Below, piece after piece: positions 62,154 through 64,000 of a stretch of DNA of 64,000 bases. The notes under the pieces were generated by a model. It made no database searches. It was not told where the DNA came from and was given only the letters and a program-made list of their open reading frames with translations. Origin of the DNA: Squalus acanthias (taxonomy: Eukaryota); contig CM059432.1 of NCBI GenBank assembly GCA_030390025.1, positions 104,162,001-104,226,000 on the forward strand, written 5' to 3'. The position numbers and the translations under genes were made by a program. The first letter of the stretch is position 1. Every line of letters begins with the position of its first letter.

Positions 62154-64000
62154 ACCTTCAGATTTTTTTTAGATAACAAGTTTAATTAATGGGAAATGGA
62201 TGTTTCTAAACTTCTTGCCAGATTATTGACAGACTATCCAGGGCTGGTGTATTACTTTCCTTGAATCTACAGTAGAAGCAGCTGAACTTCATGTTCCTAT
62301 GTCACAAAAGTCATGACTAAAATAGGAAAAAAATTACCCTTTTATTTGCTCCGTTTTTAGCTCACTCTGAGTTTGCCTTAAACACCTATCTGGCACAGTA
62401 ACAGTTCTTAGCCTGTTTAAAATAGTAGTACAGTTAGTGTGCCTGCACTGGCAAATCACAAGATTACTTTCCAATAACGTGTTTGGGCCTGAAGATTTTA
62501 TGATTTTGTTTATGCATGCTATGTGGCTTTCCCTCATTCCTGAAATGGATAAAGTATTAACCAAACAACTATTAGTCAGTTTGTCTGTTGTGATATACAA
62601 GTTCCTTGGAGTCCATTTTTTCCAAACACCTCCTTGTATCTAAAAATGTTTCTGCCTGTGGTTAGAGAGGACAAAGGGAAATCTGGTGCTGGCTTAACTT
62701 CAGTATATTGTATTTCTGGAAGCCCCATTGGAAAGCTTTGCAGGATTTGTTCACCCTGATCAGTGAAAATAGGGATGATTCTTCCAAAGACAGGTTCATT
62801 TGAACTTAATGGATAGATATTCTGATAGGGGAAAAAACACAAACATGGTATAATCATCCAATTACTTTAGAATTTGTGGAATTTACCAGCCCTCTCTCGA
62901 TGCAGCAATATTAACCTCTTATTCTTGCTTTTTCTTCTTTCAATATCATGAACAATATGAAAGTACAACTAAAGGGATGATAACATACCATGGCCTCTGA
63001 AACATCCAAAAGTGCTTATTACTTTCTCTTGGTTTAACCTGCATTTCTACAATATTTGTGGAATCTCCTTTGACTCTTCAATCTGTCCATTTCATATTCA
63101 GTCATGCTCCCCTCTTCTTCTGTTTCTTACAGAAACCCAAGTTTAATTCCTTTATGGTTCTTTTCCTTCCAACTTCTGATCCAAAGAAGGGCATCTGTTT
63201 ATGTTCATTCTGATGTCTCTGTTGTTCATCTTAGTTCCCTGAATCACCTTACTACAATTTCCCTCTTTGCACAAAGTTGATCTGCTCTCGCTCTTAACCT
63301 CTTAACTGTCTGATATTTCCAATTACTTGCCAAGCCAAGCCGAATCAAATCAATGAAAACAATGTGCAAGCTTCATTCTCTTGCATTTATACAGTCATGC
63401 ACAGAGCACCCTCCTGTCCTGAGGCAACATCATGATGCACTAAAAATATAATACTGTTTTTCTAGATTGAACAGCAAACTGTAAAGAAGATATTTAACCT
63501 TCCAAACTGTGCAGAGGTTTGAAATAAAAATGTAAGCAAAACTGGATTTTTTTTAGGTCCTGTTCAGCTAGGTCAAAAGATTTTTTAAGAAGCTCCATCA
63601 CCTGGCATCTTACACACAGGCCTGGGAATTTGACCACCATCAGCATTCTCGTATCTTGACTTTGCTTTGTGCCATGACACTGGCGCATTGAATCAAAATT
63701 ACATTTAGCAGGCTGCAAGAGGAGGCAGGGGATTCAAAAGCAGAATATGCAAAAATTGCTGCTGTGAAGTATGAAGCTTAAATTGTTTATCTTTGGAATA
63801 CCATCAGCAGTATGAGAATTGTGCATTGGCAATCAATGGTGTTGAATAAGGCCTTTACCCTTTAAACAGATTCATAAAGTTAAAGACCGTAATATATTTG
63901 ATAATTCACTTCATTTATTATTGACAAAACATGAATCATAAATACCCATAGAGTAGTGCACATTAGCTCCGTGTCCAAAGCTCACGTGTGTAGATTTAAT

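Noticed and set aside
60800..64000. RAD21 3' exons expected from vertebrate synteny
   Set aside because: No recognisable RAD21 peptide in the ORF track; probably beyond the window

Overview
Vertebrate genomic DNA, most likely a cartilaginous fish (shark), judged from HE1-like V-SINE, SacSINE1-like DeuSINE, CR1, L2 and Penelope repeat content. Two host genes sit head-to-head around a short CpG-rich bidirectional promoter: EIF3H on the minus strand (coding exon 1 at 54859-54948, exon 2 at 23684-23840, remainder off-window to the left) and a complete three-exon UTP23 on the plus strand (55475-60508, 244 aa). The EIF3H introns are packed with transposons. Most notable: (i) an intact 4.4-kb Gypsy LTR retrotransposon with identical 183-bp LTRs, a 5-bp TSD, a YLDN reverse-transcriptase motif, no tRNA primer site and a PBS-position 12-mer complementary to its own LTR (candidate self-priming); (ii) several Penelope-like insertions of two families carrying minimal hammerhead ribozyme motifs, several as fold-back (inverted) structures with roughly 13-15 bp TSDs and a reproducible asymmetric tail; (iii) a CR1 5' end with tandem promoter-like monomers that is cut off by a 1-kb Penelope palindrome; (iv) LF-SINE-like elements. 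Repeat family names are from recognition of motifs, not database searches, and boundaries of old repeats are approximate.
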